DNA of 64,000 nucleotides, taken from Mobula hypostoma (lineage: Eukaryota). The notes below the pieces were generated by a model, which did not search any database, was not told the DNA's origin, and saw nothing but the letters and a program-made list of their open reading frames with translations. Position 1 is the stretch's first letter. The number at the start of each line of letters is the position of its first letter. Below are positions 12,395-25,760 of the stretch, in pieces. The stretch lies in the NCBI RefSeq assembly GCF_963921235.1, contig NC_086097.1, positions 39,434,001-39,498,000 on the forward strand. Reading direction: 5' to 3'. Position numbers and translations under genes: made by a program.

Positions 12395-12519
12395 CTGTAG
12401 ATGTGCTCGTTACAACTTTTTAACTCTCATCCTTCTAATAATTACCTTAATCCCTTGCCCCCTGAGTTTTCTTGTACGGAAATTTGTTTTATTTATTATA
12501 TTAAGAAATAAAGTGCATA

Positions 12520-12750
12520 ACGGACCCTTGTGGTCACCGGGCCGAGTCTCCCAGCAAGCCACCGATTTCACCCTAGCCAAATCACAGGACATTTTGCAAT
12601 GACCAGTTAGCCTACTAATCAGTACGTCTTTGGACGGTGTGAGGAAATTGGAGAACTCAGAGGAAACCCACATGCACAAGGGAAGAATGTACAAATTTTC
12701 TTACAGAGGATGCCAGAAATGAACTCCAAACTCTGACACCTCAAGTGTAA
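12520..12750 (-). mobile_element. V-SINE-like SINE
   Basis: Shares core with 3200..3455. Confidence 0.65.
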
Positions 12751-13298
12751 AAGTATCTGTGGCATCTGTTTTTTAATGTAATCATTAAAGAATTTGATAA
12801 GATCCTTGGGGCATTAATATAAACCCACTGCGGCTTTCTTTGCATTTTTAATGATGTATTTTATTATTAGTTTCACATTATTTAGTTATATTTTCATCTA
12901 AATGCATATTTGACTTTGAATTTGAGGCTTACTGTAACAAAATAAATTTGATCACCTGCAAGTGGAAAAGAACCATTCAAGTATTTTTCTCCCTTAAGTC
13001 CTGCTTTCAGTCCTTTCTACTCCCCAAATCTTTGTGACTAGAGTCTCTTGATGTTTTTGGCATGATGAATCTAGGGCAAATTTGCTAGACCAGAAAGTCT
13101 CCATTATTTTTATGCCTGTGAGTAAATTATTGGGAGTAAATTCACCTACAATGTTTGTAGAATGAGATTTATCTTGTTTTTTTGGAAGTATTTTATTAAG
13201 TGTTTGTTTAACTACACAAATGAAAAGTTTTGAATTTTTCATAGTTCCACCAAATAAATAATAAACTGCATTATTTTAACCCTCACAATTTCTTGCAG

Positions 13299-13509
13299 CG
13301 GATATAGGTTGCTGAATCAAGGAATTTTGTTCGGCTTAGTGGAGATGTCATTTCTAAAGGAAATTGTAATTTCTAACAATCCACATCTAACGGACATAAT
13401 AACAAAGCAATTTCGGGCTTTAACTGACAACAGAGTGCATGTGACCCAGAAGAGCAGAAGAAATCACAAAGGATGTGATTGCATATTTTATTCTCAGTTT
13501 TTAAGTTAA
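13299..13509 (+). CDS. F-box/LRR protein, terminal coding exon
   Basis: Acceptor tttcttgcag|C (AG+C=Ser), LKEIVISNNPHLTD repeat, TAA at 13507-13509. Joined CDS 682+216+220+211=1329 nt = 442 aa. Confidence 0.87.
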
Positions 13510-14670
13510 AGAATGGGAGAATATTGTTGGGCATGATAAATATGTAAGCTTGGTTGTGCACTGTAAAAGACAGTAATCAAGATGGATCTGCCTTGACAAC
13601 TTTGCTTCTAAACATCTGGATGCACTAGTGGCAAAAGTGCAAAATTTGCAGAAAAATAGTGATAAGTAGAAGATTTCAAGTTAGAAAATATGTAGATCAA
13701 GTCAGAAGAGTGGAACAAGATTTGAATAATGTATTATATATTTGGTATTCTAAATTATACATTTTGAAGAAGAGAAATCTTGCTCTGAAATCAAACGTAA
13801 ACGTATTTAGGACCCTGTGTTTCTCATTAGGAAAGCAGGTTGTCAGATTTTTATAATGATTTTGTTCATGTTTATGAATGTGTACTTTTATTTGATGTAA
13901 ATAGGGTTGATAACATTTTGTGGAGATTATCTGAAAAGACTACGGGAAGAAAAATCTGAAAATTGCTCATTTATCTGTAGAAGACCAAAAGGTTTTTTTC
14001 TATTCAGCAGAAAGAACACTGAGAGAGACTATATACTTTTGCTTACACAGCGTTTTTAACAAGAGTTCAGACTTGCTCCTTGTGGTACTTTTAATAGTCA
14101 TTATCATGCATTGAAGTGATGGCATAGATGGAGGATTTAGTAGAGTTTGAAGCAATGTAGATGACTGACAAAATGGCTTTATGTTTATCTTAACATGTTT
14201 TCTACAAATTGGTCAATGATCGTGTTGAATGTCATGGGTAATTTACTTTCCTTCATTGATGTGATCATATTTCAACAAGGAATGATGATTTTAAAAGGGC
14301 ATTTTAAAATACAGTTGCAGGAAACTTCAGGATACAAGCTTGTATTACTTCTCAGATTTTGACTTCTTGATGTCTCCCATTGAATGTCTGTAAAGATACA
14401 GTTCAGAGATTGTTCTACATATATAAAAAAAATTGGTCTGTTGAATCAATGATGCTGTTGGCCATATGCTAGGACCCATGGAATAAGGGGCCAGGTATTA
14501 AGTAACTGAAAGGATAAATCCGTTTTTTCTTCTCACTACTTCTACAATTTGAATAGATACTTTCAAAGCCAGTAAAAATAACATTGTTCTGGAGCTATGA
14601 AAATATTCTGCATTGTTAAATTGAAAATTATGGTTCTGACTAACAATTGTTTCGGTTAAAAATTATATTA

Positions 14671-14676
14671 ATTAAA
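14671..14676 (+). terminator. Candidate polyadenylation signal (ATTAAA) for the F-box gene
   Basis: ATTAAA about 1.16 kb after the stop, followed by a T-rich tract (ttttattgcttttgttt). Confidence 0.4.
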
Positions 14677-14784
14677 GAAAGCATCTTGTGCCTCAAATTG
14701 TCAAATTGACTACAATGCTCTTCTGTATGGAATGAGATAGTTTTATTGCTTTTGTTTATAGCAAATCTCCTTCATTTACAAATA

Positions 14785-17700
14785 CAGGTGTCCCCCGCTT
14801 TTTGAACGCTCGCTTTACGAAACCTCACTGTTACGAAAGACCTACATTAGTACCCTGTTTTCGCTTTCAGAAGGTGTTTTCACTGTTACGAAAAAAAATC
14901 AGCGTGCGATAAAAAATCAGCGCGCTATAAAAGGCCCTCTCCCTGGATTCGGAACTGCATTCTTGCTGGCATTTTGCTTAAACACGCGCCTGTGAGCAGC
15001 CGTTTGCAAGATGAGTTCTAAGGTATCGGAAAAACCTAAAAGAGCTTGTAAGGGTGTTACGCTTAGCGTGAAACTAGACATAATTAAGCGTTTTGATCGT
15101 GGTGAACGAAGTAAGGACAAAGTGAGTTTCGCTTGTGGAAGCTGACAAACATGATGTTGAAGAGGTTTTGGCATCCCATGACCAAGATCTGATAGATGAA
15201 GAGCTGATGCAATTGGAAGAAAAAAGGATAACAATCGAAACCGAATACAGTAGCAAACGGACTGAAGGTGAAGTCATCCAGAAACTGAACGTGAGGCAAC
15301 TATGTGAGATTTTTGCTGCAATGATAAAGTACGACTTTAATTTTGAAAGGGTACGTAGGTTTAGGGGATATTTGTAAGATGGTTTGAGTCCTTACAAAGA
15401 ACTGTGATAGAAAAATGTGCGAGGCTCAGCAGTCAAGCAAGCCTTCCACATCAGCCACAGCAGACGACAAACCTCGACCTTCGACATTGAGGTGGGAGAA
15501 GATGAGCTGCCTGCCCTAATGGAAACAGACGATAACAAGATGACACCCCAGTGTCCCACCACCCCAACCCCCAGGCCACGGACAGATACTGATTCGCGGA
15601 GAATGCAGCAGTAGCCGGGAGACACACAGCACATCTTTAAGAAAAAAGCCAAAATAAACATACTAATTAATTAGGTGCCGCCCGACACGTAATTGTCGGT
15701 CCAGATCAGAGACGACGCAATGGGAAATCAGCACTGATCTGTGCTGACAATTATGTGCCAGGCGGCACCTAATTAATTAGCATGTTTGTTTCGGCTTTTA
15801 TCTTAGAGATGTGCTGCGTGCCTCCTGGCTACCGCTGCACCCCTGTACGCTTCGCAGATCGGTATTTGTTGGTGGCCCGGAGGGTGGGGGCCACTACACC
15901 ACCCAGCTTGCGACGACTCAGTCTAACACACCACCGTCAGTGTGCTTGGCGCTGTCCCAATTCCGGTAAGTGATACTACACTGTACATACATTATTTCTA
16001 CTTTATATAAGCTGTGTATTTTTACGTGTTATTTGGTATGATTTGGCAGCTTCGTAGCTTAAAGCTTACTGGAGAGCGCTTGCGCCATGTTTTTGCCAAC
16101 AGCGCTTGCATGAGATTTTCTGCCAACGGCGCTTGCGTGAGATTTTCGCTATGGAGAGCAGTGCAGTAATGATTGTGGAAAAGTAGTTTTACTTTATTTA
16201 GGCTGTGTATTTATCATATCATTCCTGCTTTTACTATATGTTACTATTACTTTAGGTTTTATGTGTTACAGGTTTCCCCCGCCATCTAAAGGTAGAGCGT
16301 TCCTATGAAACGGTTCGTAAGCCGAAATGTCGTAAAGTGAAGAAGCAATTACCATTTATTTATATGGGAAAATTTTGAGCATTCGCAGACCCAAAAATAA
16401 CCTACCAAATCATGCCAAGTAACACATAAAACCTAAAATAACAGTAACATATAGTAAAAGCAGGAATGATATGATAAATACACAGCCTATATAAAGTAGA
16501 AATACTTTTCCACAATCATTACTGCACTGTTCTCCGTAGCGAAAATCTCACGCAAGTGCCGTTGGCAGAAAATCTCACGCAAGCGCTGTTGGCAGAAACA
16601 CGGCGCAAGTGCTCTCCAGTAACCTTTAAGCTATGAAGCTGCCAAATCATACCAAATAACGCGTAAAAATACACAGCCAATATAAAGTAGAAATAATGTA
16701 TGTACAGTGTAGTATCACTTACTGGAATTGGGAAGACAGCGCCGAGCACACTGATGATGGTGTGTTAGACTGAGTTGTCGCAGGTTGGCTGGTGCGGTGG
16801 CCCCCACCCTCCAGGCCGCCGACCGATACATTGCCGCGAGGCATGCAGGAATCCAGTGGTAACCGGGAGGCACACAGCACATCTTTAAGAAAAAAGCCGA
16901 AATAAACATGCTAGTTAATTAGGTGCCGACGACACGTAATTGTCGGCCCAGATCAGTGCCGATTTCCAATTGCGTCGTCTATGATCTGGGCCGACAATTA
17001 CGTGTCGGGCGGCACCTAATTAATTAGCATGTTTATTTCTGCTTTTTTCTTAAAGATATGCTGTGTGCCTCCTGGCTACTGCTGCGTTCTCTGCGAATCA
17101 GTATCTGTCCGTGGCCTGGGTGTTGGCGTGGTGGGACACTGGGGTGTCATCTCGTTGTCTGTTTGCATTAGGGCAGGCAGCTCATCTTCTCCTATGACTG
17201 CCTGCCTCGATGTCAAAGGTCGAGGTTCGTCGTCTGCTGTAGCTGATGTGGAAGGCTTGCTTGACTGCTGAGCCTCGCGCATTTTTCTATCATACAGTAC
17301 TTTGTAAGGATTTAAACCATCTTGCAAATATCCCCTAAACCTACGTACCCTTTCAAAATTAAAGTCGTACTTTATCATTGCAGCAAAAATCTCATGTAGT
17401 TGCTTCACCTTTGCTACTGCATTCGGTTTCGATTGTTATCCTTTCCTCTTCCAATTGCATCAGCTCTTCATCTATCAGTTCTTGGTCATGAGATACCAAT
17501 ACCTCTTCAACATCATCTTCATCAGCTTCCAGAAGCCAAACTCACTTAGTCCTTACTTCGTTCACCACGATCTAAACGCTTAATTAAGTCTAGTTTTACG
17601 CTAAGTGTAACATCCTTACGAGCTCTTTTAGGCTTTTCCGATACCTTAGAACTCATCTTGCAAATGGCTGCTCACAGGCATGTGTTTAAACAATGCTGGC

Positions 17701-18039
17701 GAGAGTGCCGTTCCGAATCTGGGGGAGAGTGGCTGCTCGGGGCGCGTGCTGGATTTTTTATTGCGCGGTGCTATTTTTCATAACAGTGAAAACACCTTCT
17801 GAAAGCAAAAACAGGGTACTAATGTAGTTCTTTCATAACAGTGAGGTTTCGTAAAGCAAACTTTCGAAAAGCGGGGGACACCTGTATTTGGCATGATTTG
17901 GTAGGTTATTTTTGGGTCTGCGAATGCTCACAAAATTTTCCCATATAAACAAATGGTAATTGCTTCTTCGCTTTATGACATTTCGGCTTACGAACTGTTT
18001 CATAGGAACACTCTACCTTCGGATGGCCGAGGAAACCTG
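14785..18039 (+). mobile_element. Tigger/pogo non-autonomous element (outer copy)
   Basis: TA-flanked caggtgtcccccgc / ggaaacctg ends. CENP-B-type HTH start MSSKVSEKPKRACKGVTLSVKLDIIKRFDRGE at 15011, fused to an acidic C-terminal remnant. Confidence 0.88.
16269..17884 (-). mobile_element. Tigger/pogo non-autonomous element (inner, inverted copy)
   Basis: TA duplicated at 16267-68 and 17885-86. Reverse complement of the outer copy. Confidence 0.9.
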
Positions 18040-18679
18040 TAAACCTGTCCTAATACTGTTTTTTCTGCACTATATACTATTCCTCCACAAGAGGGCAGGC
18101 ACACCACTCTGTACATTGTCTGACGCTGGCTAAGTTTTGATAAAGTGCCTTACTTATCCTTTGAAAACTTCTCTATTGGACAGTGACTGATATTGACTGA
18201 GATTAAAAAGTTGGAGGTATGATAAAATTGTGTCTATGAATTGCTGCTCCGTGATCATAACAGTTGGCACTCCTACTATAAAATTTATTAATTTATGGTA
18301 GTCAAAGAAGAATTATTTTGGAAGCAGAAGGACTTTTGATCCATTTACATTTTTGACACAAGGTGATGTATTGCTCTTCCCCACCTTACAAAGAGCCAGC
18401 TAACTGCTACTTTAATAATTCATTTCCCTGTACTGGTAGTTTATTCCACAGATTGATCAGTGTAGGCACCTTGGTTAGCATAGGCAAGCTGGGCCATAAG
18501 TCCCATTTTTGTGCTGTATAATACTGTAATTCTGAGTCTATAACTATAACTTATTCTTTCCAAAAAAAGTTGTTATCACTAATGGTGAATATCTTTGGAT
18601 AATAAATTAACTTTGTTGTTTTCTGTATTCTCAGAGGCCACAAGTCTCTCTCATTTTCCTTTAGACTCCCATAATCTTG

Positions 18680-18875
18680 ATGAATTGCTTACAGGCCAAG
18701 TCATTGGGTATATTTAAGGTTGAGGTTGATAGGTTTTTGATTAATCACGACGTCAAAGGTTATGGGGAGAAGGCAGAAGAATGGGGTTGAGAGAATTAAT
18801 AAATCAGCCATGATGGAATAGCAGAGCAGATTTGATGGGCCAAATGGCCTAATTCTGCTCCTATGTCTTGTAATC
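18680..18875 (+). mobile_element. CR1 3' end fragment
   Basis: Matches the CR1 tail at 44790..44965. Confidence 0.7.
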
Positions 18876-19144
18876 TACTTGCAATCTATTTTAAATGATG
18901 AAGAAGCAAGTGACATTTAGCTCCATACCTACTCTGAAACGTGTTATTTTGAGTAACCCCTTTTACCTTTTTTTTTGTTATTTTACTCAGTTACATTTGT
19001 TAAAATATGATCTCTGCTTCAAGCAGACTATACCAATGATTAAGAAGAACAGAGTAACCTGCCTCAGTGACTGTTGTCTAGTAGCACTTACACTCACAGT
19101 AATGAAGTGTTTTGAGAGGTTGGTGATGAAATATTTCAACTCCT

Positions 19145-19433
19145 AACATAGAAACATGGAAAGCCTACAGCACAATACAGGCCCTTCAGCCCACAATGCT
19201 GTGCCGAACATGTACTTACTTTAGAAATTACCCCGGGTCACTCATAGCCCTCTATTTTTCTAAGCTCCATGTACCTATCTAGGAGCCTTATAAAAGACCC
19301 TATTGTATCTGCCTTCACCACCGCCGCCAGCAGCCCATTCCACGCACTCAACACTCTCTGTGTAAAAACACTTACCCCTGACATCTCCTCTGTACCTATT
19401 TCCACGCACCTTAAAACTGTGTCGTCTCGTGTT
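19145..19433 (-). mobile_element. CR1 3' fragment nested in Rex1
   Basis: (catagaaa) tail, FTQRVLSAWNGL peptide, ctcct on both flanks. Confidence 0.75.
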
Positions 19434-20392
19434 CTCCTGCCTGAGAAGCGGCTTGGATCCACTTCAGTTTGCCTACTAGGTCAATGGGTCCATAGCAGAT
19501 GCCATCTCAATGGCTCTTCACTCAATCCTGGGACATGTGGACAGCAAAGTTGCATTAATCAGATGGTCTTTATTGACATTCAATACCATGAACCCCTCAA
19601 AACTAATCAACAAGCTTCAAGACCTTGGCCTCAATATATCCTTGTGCAATTGGATTATCAATTTCCACACTTGCAGTCAGTTTGGTCTGGCAACATCTCC
19701 TCCCCAATCTCCATTAGCACAGTGCACCAGAAAAACGTGTGCCTAGCCCCTTGCTCCACTTGCTTTATACTTATGACTGTGTGGCTAAGCACAGCTCAAT
19801 GCCATATTCAAGTTTGCTGATGACACCATTGCCGTAGGCTGAATCGAATGTGGTGGGAAATCAGCATGGGAGATTTTAAGAGTCTCAGGACTCACACAAC
19901 CAGTTTCATGAACAGTTACCACCCCTCAGCTATCAGCTCTTGAATAAAAGAGGATAGCTATGCTCATCTATTGAGATGTTCCTACAACCAATGATCTCAC
20001 TTTAAGAACTTCTTATCTTGTTATTTCATGATCTCGATATTTATTACTATTTATTTATATTTGCATTTGTACAGATTGTTGCCTTCTATGCTCAACTTGA
20101 TCTTTCATTGATCCTGTTAAGGTTACTATTTGATAGAATTGCTGAGAATGTCCACAGAAAAAAGAATCTCAGGGTTGTATGTGGTGATGTATATGTACTC
20201 TGATAATAAAGTTTACTTTGAACTTTGAACCAGCTGAATGGTGCCACAACAACAATCTGTTACTCAATATCAGCAAGAAGCTGATTATTGACTTCAGGAG
20301 GTGGAAACCAGAGGTCCACGAGCCAGTCCTCATTGGAGAATCAGATGTGGAGAGGGTCGGCAACTTTGAATTCTTTGGTGTTATCATTTTGG

Positions 20393-23069
20393 GCCTCCAA
20401 GAGGACCATAACCTTGTCGTAGGGTTTGGAGGCTTGCATGCCTCAATGACCTGGAGAGCTATGTTGGCTGGAGACAGGGTCTTGTGCTTTGGTTCTTGCT
20501 AGGGTCACCAATACCAAACAGTCAAAGGGTAGAGGCCAGACTAAGAGTGGTCAAGTTTGGATGTTCAGCTCAGGGCCAACAACCATGAATGGTCAAAAAA
20601 CTGTTATGGAAACAGCAATGAAGAATCCTATATCTGTGTACGATGGTATTCCTGAGTCTCCACCTGGGACTTGCATGGCTGACAGTAGTGAATACCAAGA
20701 AGAAGCTACTGGCATGATGATGGAAGCCCTGAACACTACCAAGACCAAGATCAAAACTGGTTTTTGGAATGTATGAACCATGTACAATACTGGCAAGCTA
20801 GCACAAATAACTGCAGAAAAGCATCATTACAACCTACATATACTGGGCGTCAGTGAAAGCAGATGGACCAGGTCTGGCAGACTACAGACAGCAACCAGTG
20901 AAACAGTTTTATACACAGAAAGGGAAGATGGTCAGCATCATGATGGTGTAGCTCTCACTTTGAAGAAGGACTTTGAGAAGTGCTTGCTGGAGTGGAAACC
21001 AATCAACAGTCAGGCTGAAAGGGAAGCAAGTGAACATGACTGTGATCCAGTGCTATGCCCCAACTAACGACAGTGACATTGCAGAAAAGGGTGTATTTTA
21101 TGAACAGCTGCAATCGGAGGTAGAATTAACACCACACCATGACATAATCACCGTCATGGGTGATCTAAATGCCAAAGTGGGAAAAAAACAACTCACATTT
21201 CACTAGGATCATGCACACATCTTGATGTGAGACAATCAAATACAAGGGGGAAAGCCTGGTGGAATTCTGTGCCATGAACAATCTGTTCATAGGAGGGACC
21301 GTCTTCCTACACTGTGGAATCCATAAATTGACATGATGCACACCTAATGGACGTACCAAGAAACAGATTGACAATTTAATGATCAATGGTATGTGGAGAC
21401 GATCCTTGCAGGATGTAAAGATGAAGAGAGGAGCAGATACAGGAAGTGATCACTGCCTTCTTGTAGTAGTGATGAAACTCAAGGTGGGAAGCACTGCGAC
21501 CAGAACACATGCACAAAGGCATTTTGATGTTGAGAACCTCAAGGAAACCAGTGTGAGATCGACCTTCACCGTTCAGCTTAAGAACAGATTTTAGGCCTTG
21601 TAAGACCTTGACAAGGATGTGTCAGTAGAAAAGATCAACACAATGTAGAATCAGGTTGCCTCAGTCTTCAAGGAGAGGAGTGAGGCTTGTCTGGGATTCA
21701 GAGCTGGAAAGAAGAACAAAGAATGAATACAGCAGGAAACATGGATAGCCTTAAAAGAAAGACAGAAAATTAAGTAAGTGTGAGATGCAAAGCCAACATG
21801 AATTAAGGTGAAACTTCAACTAGCATACACTGAAACTAGCAAAAAAGTGAAGAGACTTGTAAGAAAGTATAAGAGAGTCTGTGTGGAAGACCTTGCAGTG
21901 GAGGCTGAAGCAGCAACCAGTCAAGGTGATCAGGGGAATGGATACAAGATTTCAAAATTGGTATGCAGGAAGTTCCAGGCCAGATCCGGTGGTCCAGTGA
22001 GAGATAAGAAAGGTCTGCTTTTGACAGCTGAGAAAGAGCAAGAAGCATAATGGATAGAATAGTTTTGAGTATTACTGAATTGACCACCACCAGAGGAAGA
22101 ATTCAGAGCTTCCATACTAATTTCACCTCCACAGTTGGGGACTGCAATTTGAGCTCTGAAGTCAAGATAGGAGTCAGGCAAGGCTGTGTGATGCTGGTGA
22201 TATCGTTTAACCTGGTGATTGACTGTTTAATGAGACAAACAATGAAAGATGAGCAGAGAGGCATTAGGTGGACTCTGTTCTCTAAAAGACCTTGAATTTG
22301 TGGATGCATTACTATCACATACAGACCAGCACATGCAAGAGAAAACTCAGTGTCTGTGTACCTTTAGTGGTCAGGTTGGACTCAGAGTCGGCCAGAGAAA
22401 GACTGAGACCATGACCCCCAATGTAGAGGCATATGGTGTCAACTTACCCAGCACCGGCAGATTTACCTACCTGGGCAGCATCATTCAGCAGGATGGTGGG
22501 ACCAAGGACAATATTCAGTACAGACTCAGCAAAGCTAGAAACATCTTCAGATCAATGAACAACATACGGGGATCAACCAAGTACAGCATCCACATCAAGG
22601 TGAACCTGTACCAGAGCTGTGTTCTCTCCACACTTTTGTATGGGTCGGAATGCTGGCACATGACAGAGTACGACCTCGCTAAGTTGTTGTCATTCCACAC
22701 CATGAGCCTCTAGAACATCCTCCGTATTTTCTGGCCAAGAAAGATCTCTAACCGTGCCCTACACCTTCAGTGTTATCAAGAGGACATAGCCACAATCATC
22801 ATGAGGAAACGTCGGAGATAGTTTGGCACATGAGGAGAAGAGAGGCCAATTACATCATCAAGACAGCACTTCATTGGACCCCTGAAGGGTGGAGAAAGCA
22901 TGGGAGACCAAAGGCAACATGGTGCCATACCATAGAGGCAGAAATTAGGACCCAGAGTCACACCTGGGGTACAATAGAGAAGATGGCCAAGAACAGTCAG
23001 AAATAGAGGAACTTCATTGCTGCCCTAAACACCAGCAGCGTAATGGGCAATTAATTAGTCAATTAAATT
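20393..23069 (+). mobile_element. RTE/RTE-X-like LINE, both ends present, internally deleted and decayed
   Basis: APE endonuclease motifs GFWNV, LGVSESRW, QCYAPT, MGDLNAKVG, GSDH. RT motifs GVRQGC, FTYLGS, LLYGSECW. TSD attttgg. Confidence 0.85.
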
Positions 23070-23374
23070 ATTTTGGAGGACCTGTCCTGGACCCAGCACG
23101 GAAGGGCAATTATGAAGAAAGCACGGCAGTACTTCTACTTCCTTAGGAGTTTGCGAAGATTCGCAGGAAATCTAAAACTCGGACAAACTTCGATAGATGT
23201 ATAGTGGAGAGTATATCGACTGGCTATGTCACTGTCTGGTATAGAAAGACTAATGCCCTTGAATGGAAAATTCCACAAAAAGTAATGAGTACGGCCAAGT
23301 CTATCAGGGGTAAGGACCTCCCCACCATTGAGCGCATCTACACCGAGCATTGTCACAGGAAAGCAGCATCTATC

Positions 23375-24121
23375 TTTCTTTTCAAATCTTTTTATTGTTA
23401 TATTATACAGAACAAATAATATGAGTACATTGAAGTAGCAACACTAACAATGTCTCAAAAAAGACATTATCTTAAAGATTGAAAAAAAATTTTGTGATAA
23501 CAAAAAAAACCTACTAAGCAGAAAAGTGAGAAAAAAAAAGAACCCATTAGGTGTACAACCCCGGAGACATGTGTAATACAAAAAGCTTCTAAAAATAAAC
23601 ATCAAACCGCCAGCATGAAAAGAAAATATACTAAAAAATTTACAATTAGTGGAAAAATTATATCAATTAGCTCAAATGATAATAACGAGCAAATGAGCCC
23701 CATCTTTTCTCACAATCATAAAGGTTCAAAGGATCGACTTCTAATTTTCTCCAAACTAAGACATAGCATCACGTGAGAGAACCATTGTGACAACGTGGGA
23801 GCTGATGTATCCTTCCACTTCAACAAAATGGCCCTCCTAGCTATCAATGTAACAAATGCAATAACATGTTGGTCAGACACAGAAATACCATGAATATTTT
23901 GAGGAATTATTCCAAAAAGCACAGTTAATTTATTAGGTTGTAGATTAATTTTAAGTGCTTTAGAAATTGTTGAAAAAACCGACTTCCAGAACTGTTTCAA
24001 TATAGAGCAAGACCAAAACATGTGTGTCAGTGCAGATATCTCAGTTTTACATCTATCACAATGACTATCAACATTAGAAAAGATTTTAGAAAGTCTCTCC
24101 TTCATCAAATGATAACGATGT
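23375..24121 (-). mobile_element. L1/Tx1 3' fragment
   Basis: CDRC...LTHMFWSC zinc knuckle, A-rich tail, ~20-bp imperfect TSD acaggaaagcagcatctatc / acaagaaagcagcccctatc. Confidence 0.85.
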
Positions 24122-25088
24122 ACAAGAAAGCAGCCCCTATCATCAGGGAGCCCCACCACCCAGGTCATGCTCTCTTCTTGCTGTTGCCACTAGGAGGAAG
24201 GTACAGGAGCCCCAGGACTCACACCAGCAGGCTTAGGAACAGCTATTACCCCTCAACCATCGGGCTCTTAAACTAAAGGGGGTAACATCCCCTGACTTCA
24301 CTCGCCCTATCATTGAAATGTTCCCACAACCTATGGACTCACTTTCGAAGACCTGTAGATCATGTTTTCAATTTTTATTGCTTATTTATTTGATAGTATT
24401 ATTTCTTTCTTTTTGTATTTGGCGGTTTGTTGCCTTTTGCACACTGGTTGAGTGCCCAAGTTGGTGTTGCCTTACATTGATTTTATTATGGTTATTATTC
24501 TAGCATAGATTCATTGAATATGTCTGCAAGAAACTGAATCTCAGGTTTGTATATGGTGGCATATATGTATTTAATAAATTTACTTTGAACTGATTGTATA
24601 TTATGAACCTTTGACTTACTTTCTCTGAGGAAAATGGGTAGCTGGTATTAACCTAGAGATTCTGAGAAAGAGGAGAAATTTCAAGTTTAAAACCTATGGG
24701 AATTACAAAATCTTACTGGGTAGGTGAGAAAAGACTGTGAATGGCTTGCCGATTTTATGTTCACTTTGTGCAATGGATAGTTTAAACAGGACTTTCATAA
24801 AATGCTGAAATATACATGGCTGTTCTAACTGGCTAAGAGGATTTTAAAATGTCGAAGTGATGGTATGAAAGATTGTTTTCTAAGTTAGATAATCCTCTTT
24901 GACCAGTAAGAGGTATCATTCCTCATCCTTTAACACAATTCAAATGCTAGAGGTTTGCAGTTGCCAGCATCTTTCTGTATTCCTACAAAGCTTTGGGGCT
25001 ACATCATGTTCCAGTTGTCCTGACAGAAAATTAGCTACAGATCTGGTGATTGACCAGAACATGTAATTGTTGTTTCTGTAATGTCAAA

Positions 25089-25760
25089 GAATTCAAAAGA
25101 TTCAAAGTATTTATTATCAAAGTATGTATGCAGTATACGACCCTGAGCTTCGTCTTCTCCACAAGAAAGAACAAGCGAAAAAACAGAAAATAAAATACAA
25201 AATTGAAAGAATCCATATTCAGTTCAGCTCAGCGTTCATTATCTGCAGGCTGCCCTTATTCAAATCAATTCAAAATAGCAAAATAGTAACAGGAAAAGGA
25301 GTGACCAGGAACTACAGTTCAATTCATAAACCGCAGACCCAGAACTTCGGTACCATCGTCTGACAATATCGACGGCGAGAGAGACCAATTGAATGCAGGG
25401 GCCTCCCCTTGGGAGAAGCAAGCGAGAGGGAGAGAGACCATCACACACAGAAACCTTTCTCCAGCAGTAGTTTGCAGACAGCACTGAACATTCCTTGCCT
25501 CAATGTCATCAACCTTTTTTTGACACTTTACAGTCTTGTGCCATGTCTCTAAGCTTCTTGGCCTCAAGGCCACTTGCCTCCCAGAACCTTCTTGGAGACA
25601 GATTGGCCAATTGGCCTGAAAACACATAGTCAAACTGTAGATCACAGGCTCCAGCAGTAACAGAACCACATTTAAAAGAAAAAGAAGATGTAAAAGAAGT
25701 GACAGAAACAGTTTTGATGACCACCTGGATAATGTTGTTTGTTGGCATCATCGTCTTCCG
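25089..25760 (-). mobile_element. Non-coding retroposon with Rex1-type 3' tail
   Basis: Reverse complement ends ...tacatactttgataataaatactttgaatcttttgaat, like the Rex1 tails elsewhere in the window. No RT visible. Confidence 0.5.

Larger units (their letters stand above)
19019..24590 (+). mobile_element. Rex1/Babar-like LINE split by four nested insertions
   Basis: RT pieces VALTLTVMKCFERLV, KFADD, WCHNNNLLLNISK, RSPRTHTSRLRNSYYP, and tail aataaatttactttgaac. Confidence 0.75.

Noticed and set aside
14785..18039. Assembly fold-back artefact
   Set aside because: The arms differ by many substitutions and indels, and the inner copy has its own TA duplication.
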